Of a DNA stretch of 64,000 nucleotides, positions 45,786 to 54,737 are shown one piece after another; the stretch's first letter is position 1; each line of letters starts with the position of its first letter. The stretch spans positions 1,160-65,159 of the forward strand of contig DAORGN010000002.1 of NCBI GenBank assembly GCA_035340095.1. The letters run 5' to 3'. The notes below the pieces were generated by a model that had not been told where the DNA came from, searched no databases, and was given only the letters and a program-made list of their open reading frames with translations. This DNA comes from Pseudomonadota bacterium. GTDB lineage: Bacteria; Myxococcota_A; Polyangia; Palsa-1104; JAEUJZ01. The position numbers and the translations under genes were made by a program.

Positions 45786-46544
45786 ATGGCACTGCCGTCA
45801 TCTGGACCGGCCAGCGCCAGCAGCCCACCGCAGAGTGGCTCTGGCGAGCTTAGCAAGCGCGCCCGGATCCTGCTTGTCGAGGATGAGCCCGACATTGTCC
45901 GTGGTCTCACCGATGTCCTTGAGTTTGAAGGCTACGAGGTCGTCACCCACATGCAGGGTCGCGCGGGCGTGCGCGAAATGAAGGAGCGTGGTGCCGACCT
46001 CGTGATCCTCGACCTGATGCTTCCGGACATCAACGGATTCCAAGTCTGCGAGGAGATCCGTGCCGAAAACCAAGTGGTGCCGATCATCATCCTGACGGCA
46101 CGCGGCCAAGAACTGGACAAAATTCGTGGTCTGGAAGCGGGCGCTGACGACTACGTGACCAAGCCATTTGGCGTCGGTGAGCTGCTTGCGCGGATCAAAG
46201 CCATCCTGCGCCGCCTGACCCGCGCCCAAGTCAGCAAAGAGCCCGAAACCATCCGCATCGGTAGCTGCGAGATCAACCTGCGGACCCACACCCTTGTGCG
46301 CGCCCGCAAAAGCCACATGCTCACGTTCTACGAAGTCGAGCTGCTGAAGCTCCTGTACGAGCGCGAGGGGCAACCGGTTTCACGCGACGAGATTCTCGAC
46401 AAAATTTGGGGCATCGAAGCGTATCCGTCGAACCGGACGGTGGACAACTTCGTCGTCAAGCTGCGCAAGAAGCTCGAAGAAAACCAGCACCACCCGCGCC
46501 ACATCCTGACGGTCTACGGCTTCGGCTACAAACTGGTTCCCTAG
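45786..46544 (+). CDS. OmpR/PhoB-family response regulator
   Basis: REC domain with [12 protein letters not shown]...[11 protein letters not shown]. The C-terminus is a winged helix. It starts immediately after the kinase stop. Confidence 0.85.
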   Translation: MALPSSGPASASSPPQSGSGELSKRARILLVEDEPDIVRGLTDVLEFEGYEVVTHMQGRAGVREMKERGADLVILDLMLPDINGFQVCEEIRAENQVVPIIILTARGQELDKIRGLEAGADDYVTKPFGVGELLARIKAILRRLTRAQVSKEPETIRIGSCEINLRTHTLVRARKSHMLTFYEVELLKLLYEREGQPVSRDEILDKIWGIEAYPSNRTVDNFVVKLRKKLEENQHHPRHILTVYGFGYKLVP

Positions 46545-48388
46545 CCTCGGCTTGGTCTGCCTTCGTTCCAACTGGGGGAATCCCTGCGCGTGCCTTCGGG
46601 AAACTGTGGGGTGCTGCGGTGGGATAGCGTGCCGCGATCGAAGCGCAGATAGATCGTCAAAAACAGCATGACGCCGTAAGTTAGATTGAGGTGCAGCCGT
46701 CGACCAGCCGGCCAGACGACTTGCAGCAGCACCGAAAAAAGGCACAGCGCCACGATCCATCCGTACCGACGTCCAACGTGCGGCATCTCGCTTGCGAACA
46801 GTGCGCCCAGGCCCACCGTTTCTTGAATCAAAAAACGATCGGCGGGAATGTCGAGCCACACACCAATCGATCGTCCGAATACCAAATAGGACATCGTGGC
46901 GAGCATGAAGTAGCCAAGTCGCCGATAACCGGGCTGCTGGTGAATCTGCTGGCGGAATCCAGCCACGCTGAGCGATGTAACAGAGAGCAGCGCTGTTGCG
47001 ATGAGCAGCGCGGGTCGCAGATCGCTGCGATGCACTCCGCCCAGCGCGAGCAGCACGCCCAGCACAATCACCGAAAAGCTGCTCAGCATGACGTGCAGGA
47101 AGCGGCGTTTGTTTTGCCGCATGCTTTCCGAATCGGCATCCGGCAGCAACCCCGCTTGCAGCGCTTCGGTCAGCTCTTGCATCGACGGAAAGCGCTCCAT
47201 CGGATCGATGGACAGACCACGCATGAGCGCGGCGTGGATCACAAGCGGCACTTCGTAGCCATGCAGCGTTTTGGTGCGCGTGCTGGGCTTGCCGCTGCGG
47301 ATGCTGGCGGCGTATTCCTCTAGCGTGGTGCCGGCAAATGCGGGGAATCCGTAGATGGCTTCAAACAGTGCTGCGCAGAATCCGAACTGATCACTGCGCG
47401 CATCGGCCTGCTCTCCGCGTACTTGCTCGGGAGCCATATAGCCGGGCGTGCCCAGGATGGCACCAAACTGCGTCAGTCTTTCGCTGGTGGTTCGCAGCTT
47501 GGCTTGGCTTGCTTCAGGTGATTCATTCTTGTGGGAATGGGAATCATCAGGGGCTCTGGCAATGCCAAAGTCCATCACCCGCGCCCGCCCATCGCTGCCC
47601 ACGATCACGTTGTCAGGTTTAAAATCTCGGTGGATGAGACCGGAATTGTGGGCTGCGGACAGACCGGCTGCGGCTTGCAAGTAGGTGCGCAGACAGTGGT
47701 CGAGCGAAGTCGCATCGCGGACCGGATGCTGATTTTGCCACTCGACGAGATCGCTGCCGGGGACAAACTCCATAGCGATGAAGATTTGTCCCTGCGGCGA
47801 CTCGCGATCTTCCCCGACTTCGTAGACGTGCACCACGTTGGGATGGGCAATCCGCGCCATCGCCTTGGCTTCTTTTAGCAGCCGCTCGCGTGCGATTTGA
47901 CCCCGGTGTACGTCGTCTCGCACGACCTTCACTGCAACCTTGCGATCCAGATCGGGATCGTAGGCCGCATACACGGTTCCCATTCCGCCTTGTCCCAGGC
48001 AACGCACGACCATGTAGCGACCGATCCGCACCGGGTCGAGAAGCTGAGGATTGACGACGATCGGCACGATGGCCTGCGCTCCGGTTGACGATCCGGGCGC
48101 CTTGATCGCTGTCTCGGCGCGGGAAATGGGCGGCGACTCTACTGGCGTCGCGGCGGTTCGACGGTCTGCCTGGCGATCGATGGTCTTGGCCGATAGATCA
48201 ACGAGCTGATGCGGCGTCGACTCGATGGTCGCGCTTTCTCGCTGTGGCGTCCCGTCGCCAGGCTCTCGGCGGAGATTTTCCACGATCGGCACATCCAGAT
48301 CGTACCATGCAACGACAGCAGTTTTCCGACGGAAAAGTGGGTATGCACGACGAGCAGGTTGGGGGCGTGCCGACGCCAGCCCGGACAC
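46541..48388 (-). CDS. Ser/Thr protein kinase fused to C-terminal polytopic membrane domain
   Basis: [27 protein letters not shown] and GTPGYMAPE are Hanks motifs. Six or more hydrophobic helices fill the last ~230 aa. Its stop shares CTAG with the convergent response-regulator stop. Confidence 0.8.
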   Translation of the reverse strand: MSGLASARPQPARRAYPLFRRKTAVVAWYDLDVPIVENLRREPGDGTPQRESATIESTPHQLVDLSAKTIDRQADRRTAATPVESPPISRAETAIKAPGSSTGAQAIVPIVVNPQLLDPVRIGRYMVVRCLGQGGMGTVYAAYDPDLDRKVAVKVVRDDVHRGQIARERLLKEAKAMARIAHPNVVHVYEVGEDRESPQGQIFIAMEFVPGSDLVEWQNQHPVRDATSLDHCLRTYLQAAAGLSAAHNSGLIHRDFKPDNVIVGSDGRARVMDFGIARAPDDSHSHKNESPEASQAKLRTTSERLTQFGAILGTPGYMAPEQVRGEQADARSDQFGFCAALFEAIYGFPAFAGTTLEEYAASIRSGKPSTRTKTLHGYEVPLVIHAALMRGLSIDPMERFPSMQELTEALQAGLLPDADSESMRQNKRRFLHVMLSSFSVIVLGVLLALGGVHRSDLRPALLIATALLSVTSLSVAGFRQQIHQQPGYRRLGYFMLATMSYLVFGRSIGVWLDIPADRFLIQETVGLGALFASEMPHVGRRYGWIVALCLFSVLLQVVWPAGRRLHLNLTYGVMLFLTIYLRFDRGTLSHRSTPQFPEGTRRDSPSWNEGRPSRG

Positions 48389-48617
48389 CTATCCGGCTTG
48401 CGGTACGGCGCGCCGACATACCCTGCGATGGCTTGGCATGTCACCACGGGAAGACTGCAAGTGGTGCCGAGCAACACCCAGCGTTTGCGCGCGAACGTTG
48501 AGCGTCGTCCAGCACCACTTGCGGAGTCCCTGCGGATACTTTGCCAGTCGACCACTGGTACTTCAGCCTTGGTTTTTATCCGATGACAGGTGCCGCCGCG
48601 TACTTTGCATGTAGTTC

Positions 48618-48824
48618 CTAGTACTTCGGGCCTGCGGGGACCATCGGGCGGGTGTCCCACGGGCTCGGAGTACGGACAGGCTTTTGGACTTTGTCTTTGT
48701 CTGCACGCGCCACTTTGTCGCTCTTGACGTCTTCTTTGTCAGACGCCGACGCGGGAGCAAACGGAAGAAGGAGGCAAGACGTTACGCCGACAAGAATGCC
48801 AACCAGCAACTGCTTGAATGACAT
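48618..48824 (-). CDS. small secreted Lys/Asp-rich protein (hypothetical)
   Basis: 68 aa. It has a strong GGAGG ribosome-binding site 7 nt upstream of the ATG. The signal peptide is LLVGILVGVTSCLLLPFAPASA. A 13-bp palindrome, CGAACCAGGTTCG, lies just upstream. Confidence 0.35.
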   Translation of the reverse strand: MSFKQLLVGILVGVTSCLLLPFAPASASDKEDVKSDKVARADKDKVQKPVRTPSPWDTRPMVPAGPKY

Positions 48825-49105
48825 GGCGAACCTCCGCGAACCAGGTTCGTTTGTTCAGAGCGAGCGGCCCCATGCCGATGCTCAAACCAAACGACCGCCG
48901 ATTCAAAAGTCCAAAGGACCTATCCGGTACCTTTAGTGCGCACATTTGTACGGCTTGTGGGCGGTGTCAAGGGTCATTTTTCAAACATCGCAACTTTTTT
49001 TCTGCCCCGTCGCCCAGATCACCACAAACTCGCAGAAGGTCGGACCGCCATCCAGACTTCGCAGCAGCCGGCCCGCTGTGTTAGGTTGCCCCGCTTGGAA
49101 GTCTG

Positions 49106-50170
49106 ATGCGCATTGCCAACCTTGTCGTCGATACCGAAGTTCTGCTGGCTCCGATGGCGGCGGTCACTGATCTGCCGTTTCGCACCATCTGCGAGGAGCA
49201 TGGCGTGGGTCTGACCATCACGGAGTTTCTGTCGGCCCGGGCGCTGTGTGAAGGTGCTAAGAAGACGACGCAGAAGCTTACGGCATCGCTTGGTGGACGG
49301 CGTTTCGGCGTGCAGATTTTTGGGCGTGAACCCGATGCACTGGCCAAGGCGGCGCAGCTTGCCAAAGAGATTGGGGCTTCGCTGGTCGACATCAACATGG
49401 GCTGTCCGGCCAAGCGGGTGGTCGCGGGCGCCTGTGGGTCCGCTCTCATGAAAGAGCCAGAGCTTGCGCAAGTGCTGGTGCGGGCTGTCCGTTCTGCACT
49501 GCCGGCTGACATTCCGGTCACGGTGAAGCACCGCGCTGGCTGGGATGAAAAACACCTCAACGCGCCAGAGTTTGCCTGCGCCATGGTGGAAGCCGGGGCG
49601 GCGATGATCACGGTGCATGGACGGACCCGGACCCAGGGTTTTTCTGGCAAGTCCTCGCTCGACATCATTCGCAAAGTACGGGACGCGGTGCCGCGCCATG
49701 TGCCGGTGGTGGGCAATGGCGATGTGATCACGCTGCTCGACTACGTGCGGATGCGAACAGAGACGGGCTGCGACGCGGTGATGATCGGACGCGGTGCGCT
49801 TGGCAACCCCTGGCTGTTTCGTGACATCGGTGCGTGGCTGCGTGGCCAGCCGGTGCCAGGGGCGCCCACGGTGGAGGAGCGCAGCGAGGTGTTTTTGCGC
49901 CACGTTGCGCTCATGCGCGGACGGACCGAAGACAAACGACTGATCCATGAGGTGCGCAAAGCCGTCGCTTGGTACACAAAAGGACTGCCTGGCTCTGCCG
50001 AGCTGCGCGATCAACACAAAGCCCCGCGCGAACCAGACGCCTTGGTCGCCGCGACGGTTGCATATTTTACGGAGCTGGCCAAAGGCAGGCCGCGGCTCAA
50101 AGTTGCGCTGGATGCATCCGCGGCTCAAGCGGGCACCGATGAAACCACCGCAAAGGCGGTCTGTGCATGA
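49106..50170 (+). CDS. dusB: tRNA-dihydrouridine synthase (DusB/NifR3 family)
   Basis: LLAPMAAVTDLPFR and INMGCPAKRV (FMN/TIM-barrel) are Dus signatures. Confidence 0.85.
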   Translation: MRIANLVVDTEVLLAPMAAVTDLPFRTICEEHGVGLTITEFLSARALCEGAKKTTQKLTASLGGRRFGVQIFGREPDALAKAAQLAKEIGASLVDINMGCPAKRVVAGACGSALMKEPELAQVLVRAVRSALPADIPVTVKHRAGWDEKHLNAPEFACAMVEAGAAMITVHGRTRTQGFSGKSSLDIIRKVRDAVPRHVPVVGNGDVITLLDYVRMRTETGCDAVMIGRGALGNPWLFRDIGAWLRGQPVPGAPTVEERSEVFLRHVALMRGRTEDKRLIHEVRKAVAWYTKGLPGSAELRDQHKAPREPDALVAATVAYFTELAKGRPRLKVALDASAAQAGTDETTAKAVCA

Positions 50171-51195
50171 AAGCGGCAAGTCTGGCTCCCTGCATCGCGC
50201 TGTTGGGCGAAGCGCCGGTGACGCTGCGCCTGCGGGCTCTTGTCGAACAGGCTGCGCAGGTCGAAACCCCGCTGTTTGTCGAAGGTGAGCGCGGATCGGG
50301 GCGCGAGCACATCGGTCGTTACATCCACTCGACATCCCCGCGGCGCAGCGCGGCGTTCATTCGGATCGACGCCGAATATGCCGACACCGAGCGGGCGATT
50401 GGCAAGCTCCGACGATCGCACGGCGGAACGCTGCTGGTAAAAGACGTGCCTTATGGGCCGCTGCGGCTGCGCAAAGTGCTGCAAGGGCTGCTGGAGCGGC
50501 AGGAACTGGAATCCGGTCAGCTACGCAGCGAAGGCGAGGGCGCAGAGCTGCCGCGGCTGATTCTGACAAGTGACGTGGAACTGCCACGGCTGCGTGAGTC
50601 GGGCTTTGCGCTGGCGGAACTTTTGCTTTTGCATCAGGTGACGCGGCTGCGGATTCCGCCCCTGCGTGAGCGGGTTTCTGACGTGCCGCTCCTGGCTGAA
50701 CACTTCTTGCAGCTTCTGGGCGAACAGATGGGGCGTCGACACAAGCTGTGCAGCCGCGCGGTCGATCAGCTCATCCGCTATAGCTGGCCCGGCAACTTGG
50801 CGGAGCTGCGCGATGTGATCAGTCGTTCGGCGCTGCGCAGCCGGGGCGAAACCATCGAACTTGGCGAAGTCGAAGCGGTGCTGCCACCGCTGCAAGAGCG
50901 TGTACCGATCGAACAGCTGTCGCTAGAGGAAACCGTGCGGGCCAAGCTACGGGCGCTTTTGTCGCGGCTGGAAGGCTGCCCGCTCCACGACTTGAACCTG
51001 TACGAAGAGGTGCTGGGTCACGTCGAGCGGCCCCTGCTAAAAGAAGTGCTACAGCGGACCGAAGGCAATCAGGTGCGCGCGGCGGCCATTTTGGGAATCA
51101 ATCGCAACACGCTGCGCAAAAAGCTGCGCGAGCGCGGCCTGGGCAGCGAGTTCTTGGACACACCGACGGATTCGCCTTTGCGCCATCTGCCGTAA
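50167..51195 (+). CDS. degenerate enhancer-binding-protein-like AAA+ domain fused to Fis-type HTH
   Basis: The Walker A-like block is GERGSGRE, with Lys replaced by Arg. No GAFTGA motif is present. The C-terminal GNQVRAAAILGINRNTLRKKLRE is a Fis/NtrC-type HTH. The start overlaps the dusB stop (ATGA). Confidence 0.6.
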   Translation: MKAASLAPCIALLGEAPVTLRLRALVEQAAQVETPLFVEGERGSGREHIGRYIHSTSPRRSAAFIRIDAEYADTERAIGKLRRSHGGTLLVKDVPYGPLRLRKVLQGLLERQELESGQLRSEGEGAELPRLILTSDVELPRLRESGFALAELLLLHQVTRLRIPPLRERVSDVPLLAEHFLQLLGEQMGRRHKLCSRAVDQLIRYSWPGNLAELRDVISRSALRSRGETIELGEVEAVLPPLQERVPIEQLSLEETVRAKLRALLSRLEGCPLHDLNLYEEVLGHVERPLLKEVLQRTEGNQVRAAAILGINRNTLRKKLRERGLGSEFLDTPTDSPLRHLP

Positions 51196-51269
51196 GCAAC
51201 TGCCAACGCTCGGCAGTTGACGAAATGCGTGCGGAAGCGGAATCTCACCGCCTACGGAGAACTTCACCC

Positions 51270-52202
51270 ATGGCGCTTAGTCCTGACACTCGCTCGCAAA
51301 TCGAGACGCTGCTGCGGCAGCACACCATCGTTCTGTTTATGAAGGGGAGCCGGCAGATGCCGCGCTGTGGCTTTTCCGCCAAGGTCATCGAGATCCTGGA
51401 AGGCCATGGCATCGACTATCGGGATGTCGACGTCCTTAGCGACCCGGCGCTGCGCGAAGGCATCAAAGAGTTTTCCAACTGGCCGACGATACCGCAGCTG
51501 TTTTTCCAGGGCAGCTTGATCGGCGGCAGCGACATCGTGCGTCAGCTCGACGAAAGCGGAGAACTGCTCCAGGCATTGGGCATTGACCCGAGCAAGGTTT
51601 CGATCGAGCCGCCGCGCATCTCGATTACGCCTGAAGCTGCCGCTGCCATCAAAGACGCCGGCAAAGAAGCCGAACCCGGACAGCACCTGCGCATGGTGCT
51701 TAGCCGCGGCGGACAGAACATCGACCTGTACTTCGATGCCGCCAAAGCCAGCGATCTGCGCGTCGAGCAGCACGGCATCACGGTGCTGTTTGACCGGGCT
51801 TCGGCGCGGCTCGCGAGTGGCATTTCGATAGCGTATGTGGATGGACCGGGCGGTGGTTTCCGCATCGACAATCCGAACCTGCCCGCGCAGGTGGGCACGC
51901 TGACGCCGGCAGAGCTGCGCAAGATGATGGATGCCAAAGTGCCGCTGCGGCTCATCGACGTGCGGACCGAGCGTGAGCGGGCGATTGCGCGCATTTTGCC
52001 GGATGTGACGCTGGATCAGATTGCGCCGGAGCTGGACAGCCTGCCAAAAGACACGATGCTGGTGTTTTACTGCCATTCGGGCGTGCGCAGTCGGGCAGCA
52101 GCGGAACAGGCGCTTGCGCGTGGCTTCCGCAACGTCTGGAACCTAAATGGAGGCATCGACGGCTGGTCTCGCCAGGTCGATAAAGACGTGCCCCGTTACT
52201 AA
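51270..52202 (+). CDS. monothiol glutaredoxin (CGFS) - HesB/IscA-like - rhodanese fusion protein
   Basis: The Grx4-type block is QMPRCGFSAKV...WPTIPQLF. The middle segment resembles an A-type carrier without Cys. The C-terminal rhodanese fold contains FYCHSGVRS. The start is chosen at MALSPD. The ORF track starts at 51225. Confidence 0.6.
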   Translation: MALSPDTRSQIETLLRQHTIVLFMKGSRQMPRCGFSAKVIEILEGHGIDYRDVDVLSDPALREGIKEFSNWPTIPQLFFQGSLIGGSDIVRQLDESGELLQALGIDPSKVSIEPPRISITPEAAAAIKDAGKEAEPGQHLRMVLSRGGQNIDLYFDAAKASDLRVEQHGITVLFDRASARLASGISIAYVDGPGGGFRIDNPNLPAQVGTLTPAELRKMMDAKVPLRLIDVRTERERAIARILPDVTLDQIAPELDSLPKDTMLVFYCHSGVRSRAAAEQALARGFRNVWNLNGGIDGWSRQVDKDVPRY

Positions 52203-52217
52203 GCGAAAGCCAACACC

Positions 52218-53108
52218 GTGAAGGGCATTATCCTCGCCGGGGGAAGTGGGACGCGGCTTTATCCACTGACCAAGACGCTGAGCAAACAGCTTCTGCCGGT
52301 CTACGACAAGCCGACGATTTACTATCCGCTGTCGACGCTGCTTTCGTCGGGAATCCGCGAGATCCTCATCATCAGCACGCCGCGCGATCTGCCGATGATC
52401 CGAGCGCTGCTTGGCGACGGGCATGAACTGGGGATCTCGCTGTCGTATGCCGAGCAGCCGCGGCCCGAAGGGATTGCCCAGGCATTTGTGATTGGCGCTG
52501 ACTTCATCGGCCAAAGCCCGGTGTGCCTGATCCTGGGGGACAACATCTTTTTTGGGCACAACTTGGTCGACGATCTGAAGCGATCGGCGGGGCTGACCAC
52601 CGGCGCGGAAGTGTACGCCTACCACGTTCATGATCCCGAGCGGTACGGGGTGATTGAGTTCGATGCGACGGGCAAGGCGATTTCGATCGAAGAAAAGCCG
52701 CGCGCGCCGCGCTCGAACTGGGCGGTGACGGGGCTTTACTTTTACGACGCCAGCGTGGTGGACATTGCGCAACGACTTACGCCGTCGGCGCGTGGCGAGC
52801 TGGAAATCACCGATGTGAACCGCGCGTATCTGAAGAAAGGCGAGCTGCGGGCGCACAAGCTGGGGCGCGGGGTCGCGTGGCTTGACAGCGGGACGTATGA
52901 CTCGCTTTTGCAAGCTTCGCAGTTTGTGCAGACCATCGAGCAGCGCCAAGCGCTCAAGATTGCGTGCCTGGAAGAAATCGCCTATCTCCAAGGTTTCATC
53001 GACGCGGCGCAGCTTGAAAAGCTCGCCGACAGCTACAGCAAAAGCTCTTACGGTGCGTATCTGCGGCACGTTCTGAGCGAAAACCGCGGCCAGGCCAGCG
53101 CCAGCTAA
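52218..53108 (+). CDS. rfbA: glucose-1-phosphate thymidylyltransferase
   Basis: [18 protein letters not shown] and [10 protein letters not shown] are RmlA signatures. Confidence 0.9.
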   Translation: MKGIILAGGSGTRLYPLTKTLSKQLLPVYDKPTIYYPLSTLLSSGIREILIISTPRDLPMIRALLGDGHELGISLSYAEQPRPEGIAQAFVIGADFIGQSPVCLILGDNIFFGHNLVDDLKRSAGLTTGAEVYAYHVHDPERYGVIEFDATGKAISIEEKPRAPRSNWAVTGLYFYDASVVDIAQRLTPSARGELEITDVNRAYLKKGELRAHKLGRGVAWLDSGTYDSLLQASQFVQTIEQRQALKIACLEEIAYLQGFIDAAQLEKLADSYSKSSYGAYLRHVLSENRGQASAS

Positions 53109-53156
53109 TTTGTTCGCGCCGTTGTCGTTGACAACGATGGGTGCGGCGACGCAATC

Positions 53157-54002
53157 TTGCGCCACATCATGTCCCCTGCCGCGGCCTCCCAGGAGGACCA
53201 AACACTGTCTATGCCGAGCGATACCACCACTCGAGTCGGTGCAAACACCCAGTTCGATTACGAAGGGATTCCCGCCGGCTACTACGACCGGGTGATGCGC
53301 GAAGGCAACCCGATTCGGCGGCTGTGGCACGTCTCGAAGTTCGAGCGCGTACTCGACTATCTGCCGCAGCCGTCAGATCCGCACGCAGAGTCGTCGATAC
53401 TCGACATCGGCTGCTTTGCCGGGACATTTCTGTCGCTTGTGCCCCAGGATCGTTTTTCGCGTCAGCTTGGCGTCGACATTTTGCCGGCGCAGATTGACTA
53501 CGCGAACCGCACGTATGGGACGCCATTTCGATCGTTTCGGCACGTTCCGAGCATCACCCACCTGCGCGACATCGAAGGCCACTTCGACTGTGTGACGCTG
53601 ATTGAAGTGATTGAGCACCTGACCGCTGCCGAGATTCACGCGCTGTTTTCCGAGCTGGCGCGGCTGATTCGGCCCGGCGGCAAGCTGGTGCTGACGACGC
53701 CAAACTACCTAAGCTGCTGGCCGCTGCTCGAAGTCATCTTGAACCGGATGTCCGAAGTCAGCTACGAGGAGCAGCACATCACGCGCTTTACCTACTTCAA
53801 CATGGAGCGACGGCTTTGCGAGCTGTATCCATCGTTTGCGGCAGAGTTTGCGCTGGATCTGAAGACGACGACGCACCTTGTGACCCCATTTCTCGCCGGG
53901 CTTTCGTATGATCTCGCGCGCAACTTGTCGCGGATGGTGCCGCATACGAGCTGGCGGATGCCGTTTGGCAACTTGGTGCTGATGGTCCTGACCCGTCGCT
54001 AA
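53157..54002 (+). CDS. class I SAM-dependent methyltransferase
   Basis: Motif I is ILDIGCFAGTF. The post-I acidic residue and motif II/III spacing fit the class. Confidence 0.6.
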   Translation: MRHIMSPAAASQEDQTLSMPSDTTTRVGANTQFDYEGIPAGYYDRVMREGNPIRRLWHVSKFERVLDYLPQPSDPHAESSILDIGCFAGTFLSLVPQDRFSRQLGVDILPAQIDYANRTYGTPFRSFRHVPSITHLRDIEGHFDCVTLIEVIEHLTAAEIHALFSELARLIRPGGKLVLTTPNYLSCWPLLEVILNRMSEVSYEEQHITRFTYFNMERRLCELYPSFAAEFALDLKTTTHLVTPFLAGLSYDLARNLSRMVPHTSWRMPFGNLVLMVLTRR

Positions 54003-54026
54003 GCCAGCTTGGTTTGTGCGTCTGGG

Positions 54027-54608
54027 TTATTCGTCGTCGCTTTTGGGCGAAAGCAGGTACTGGTAGACCTCTAAGACGTCGAACAGCGACGGCACGGCGG
54101 GGGGCCGTTCATACTGGGTGTTCGACCAGCGCAGCGAATGCTTGCCGTCTTGGATTTCGATGTAGAAGTCGATGCCTCCGTCGTCGCTTGGATGCACTCG
54201 GCGCGGCAGCCGATGGAACATGTGCTTGCGATAGTCGCGGATGACATCTAGCGCGTCGCGGAGGTCGTTTTTCTGCTCTGCACTGAGCCGAAATTCGCCT
54301 TGGTGCCGCGTCGTCTTCACCGCCACGGTGTCGTCTTGACGCACGACCAGCACCGCGCGATACGGCTTTTTCCCCGACGGTGTGGTGATTTGGCTTACCC
54401 GGACCATGCGAATGCGTTCGCCGGGACAGACATGGACCACGGCTTCAGGTGGGAGCGTGTCTTGTAGCTGGTTCCAGCTGATGCAAGCCAGAGGAAGCAG
54501 GGCCAGCGGCAGCAGCATTTCTTGATCATACAGCGGTTTTTGCACCGCCACCGGCTTCGCCGTCTGCTCGAGTGGCTGGTCATCAAAATTGTGAGGCTCT
54601 GTGTACAA
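54027..54608 (-). CDS. hypothetical membrane-anchored protein
   Basis: 193 aa with one N-proximal hydrophobic helix. No family recognised. Confidence 0.35.
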   Translation of the reverse strand: MYTEPHNFDDQPLEQTAKPVAVQKPLYDQEMLLPLALLPLACISWNQLQDTLPPEAVVHVCPGERIRMVRVSQITTPSGKKPYRAVLVVRQDDTVAVKTTRHQGEFRLSAEQKNDLRDALDVIRDYRKHMFHRLPRRVHPSDDGGIDFYIEIQDGKHSLRWSNTQYERPPAVPSLFDVLEVYQYLLSPKSDDE

Positions 54609-54737
54609 AAAAATACATCAAATGAGGTACGATATGTTTAGCGGAGCCTCCAATCGGTGGCATCCATCTCAGATGTAGAAAGCGCTGCTCAGCAATGGGT
54701 AGCCAAAGTACCAAAACCACTCGGCAAGGATTAGACG

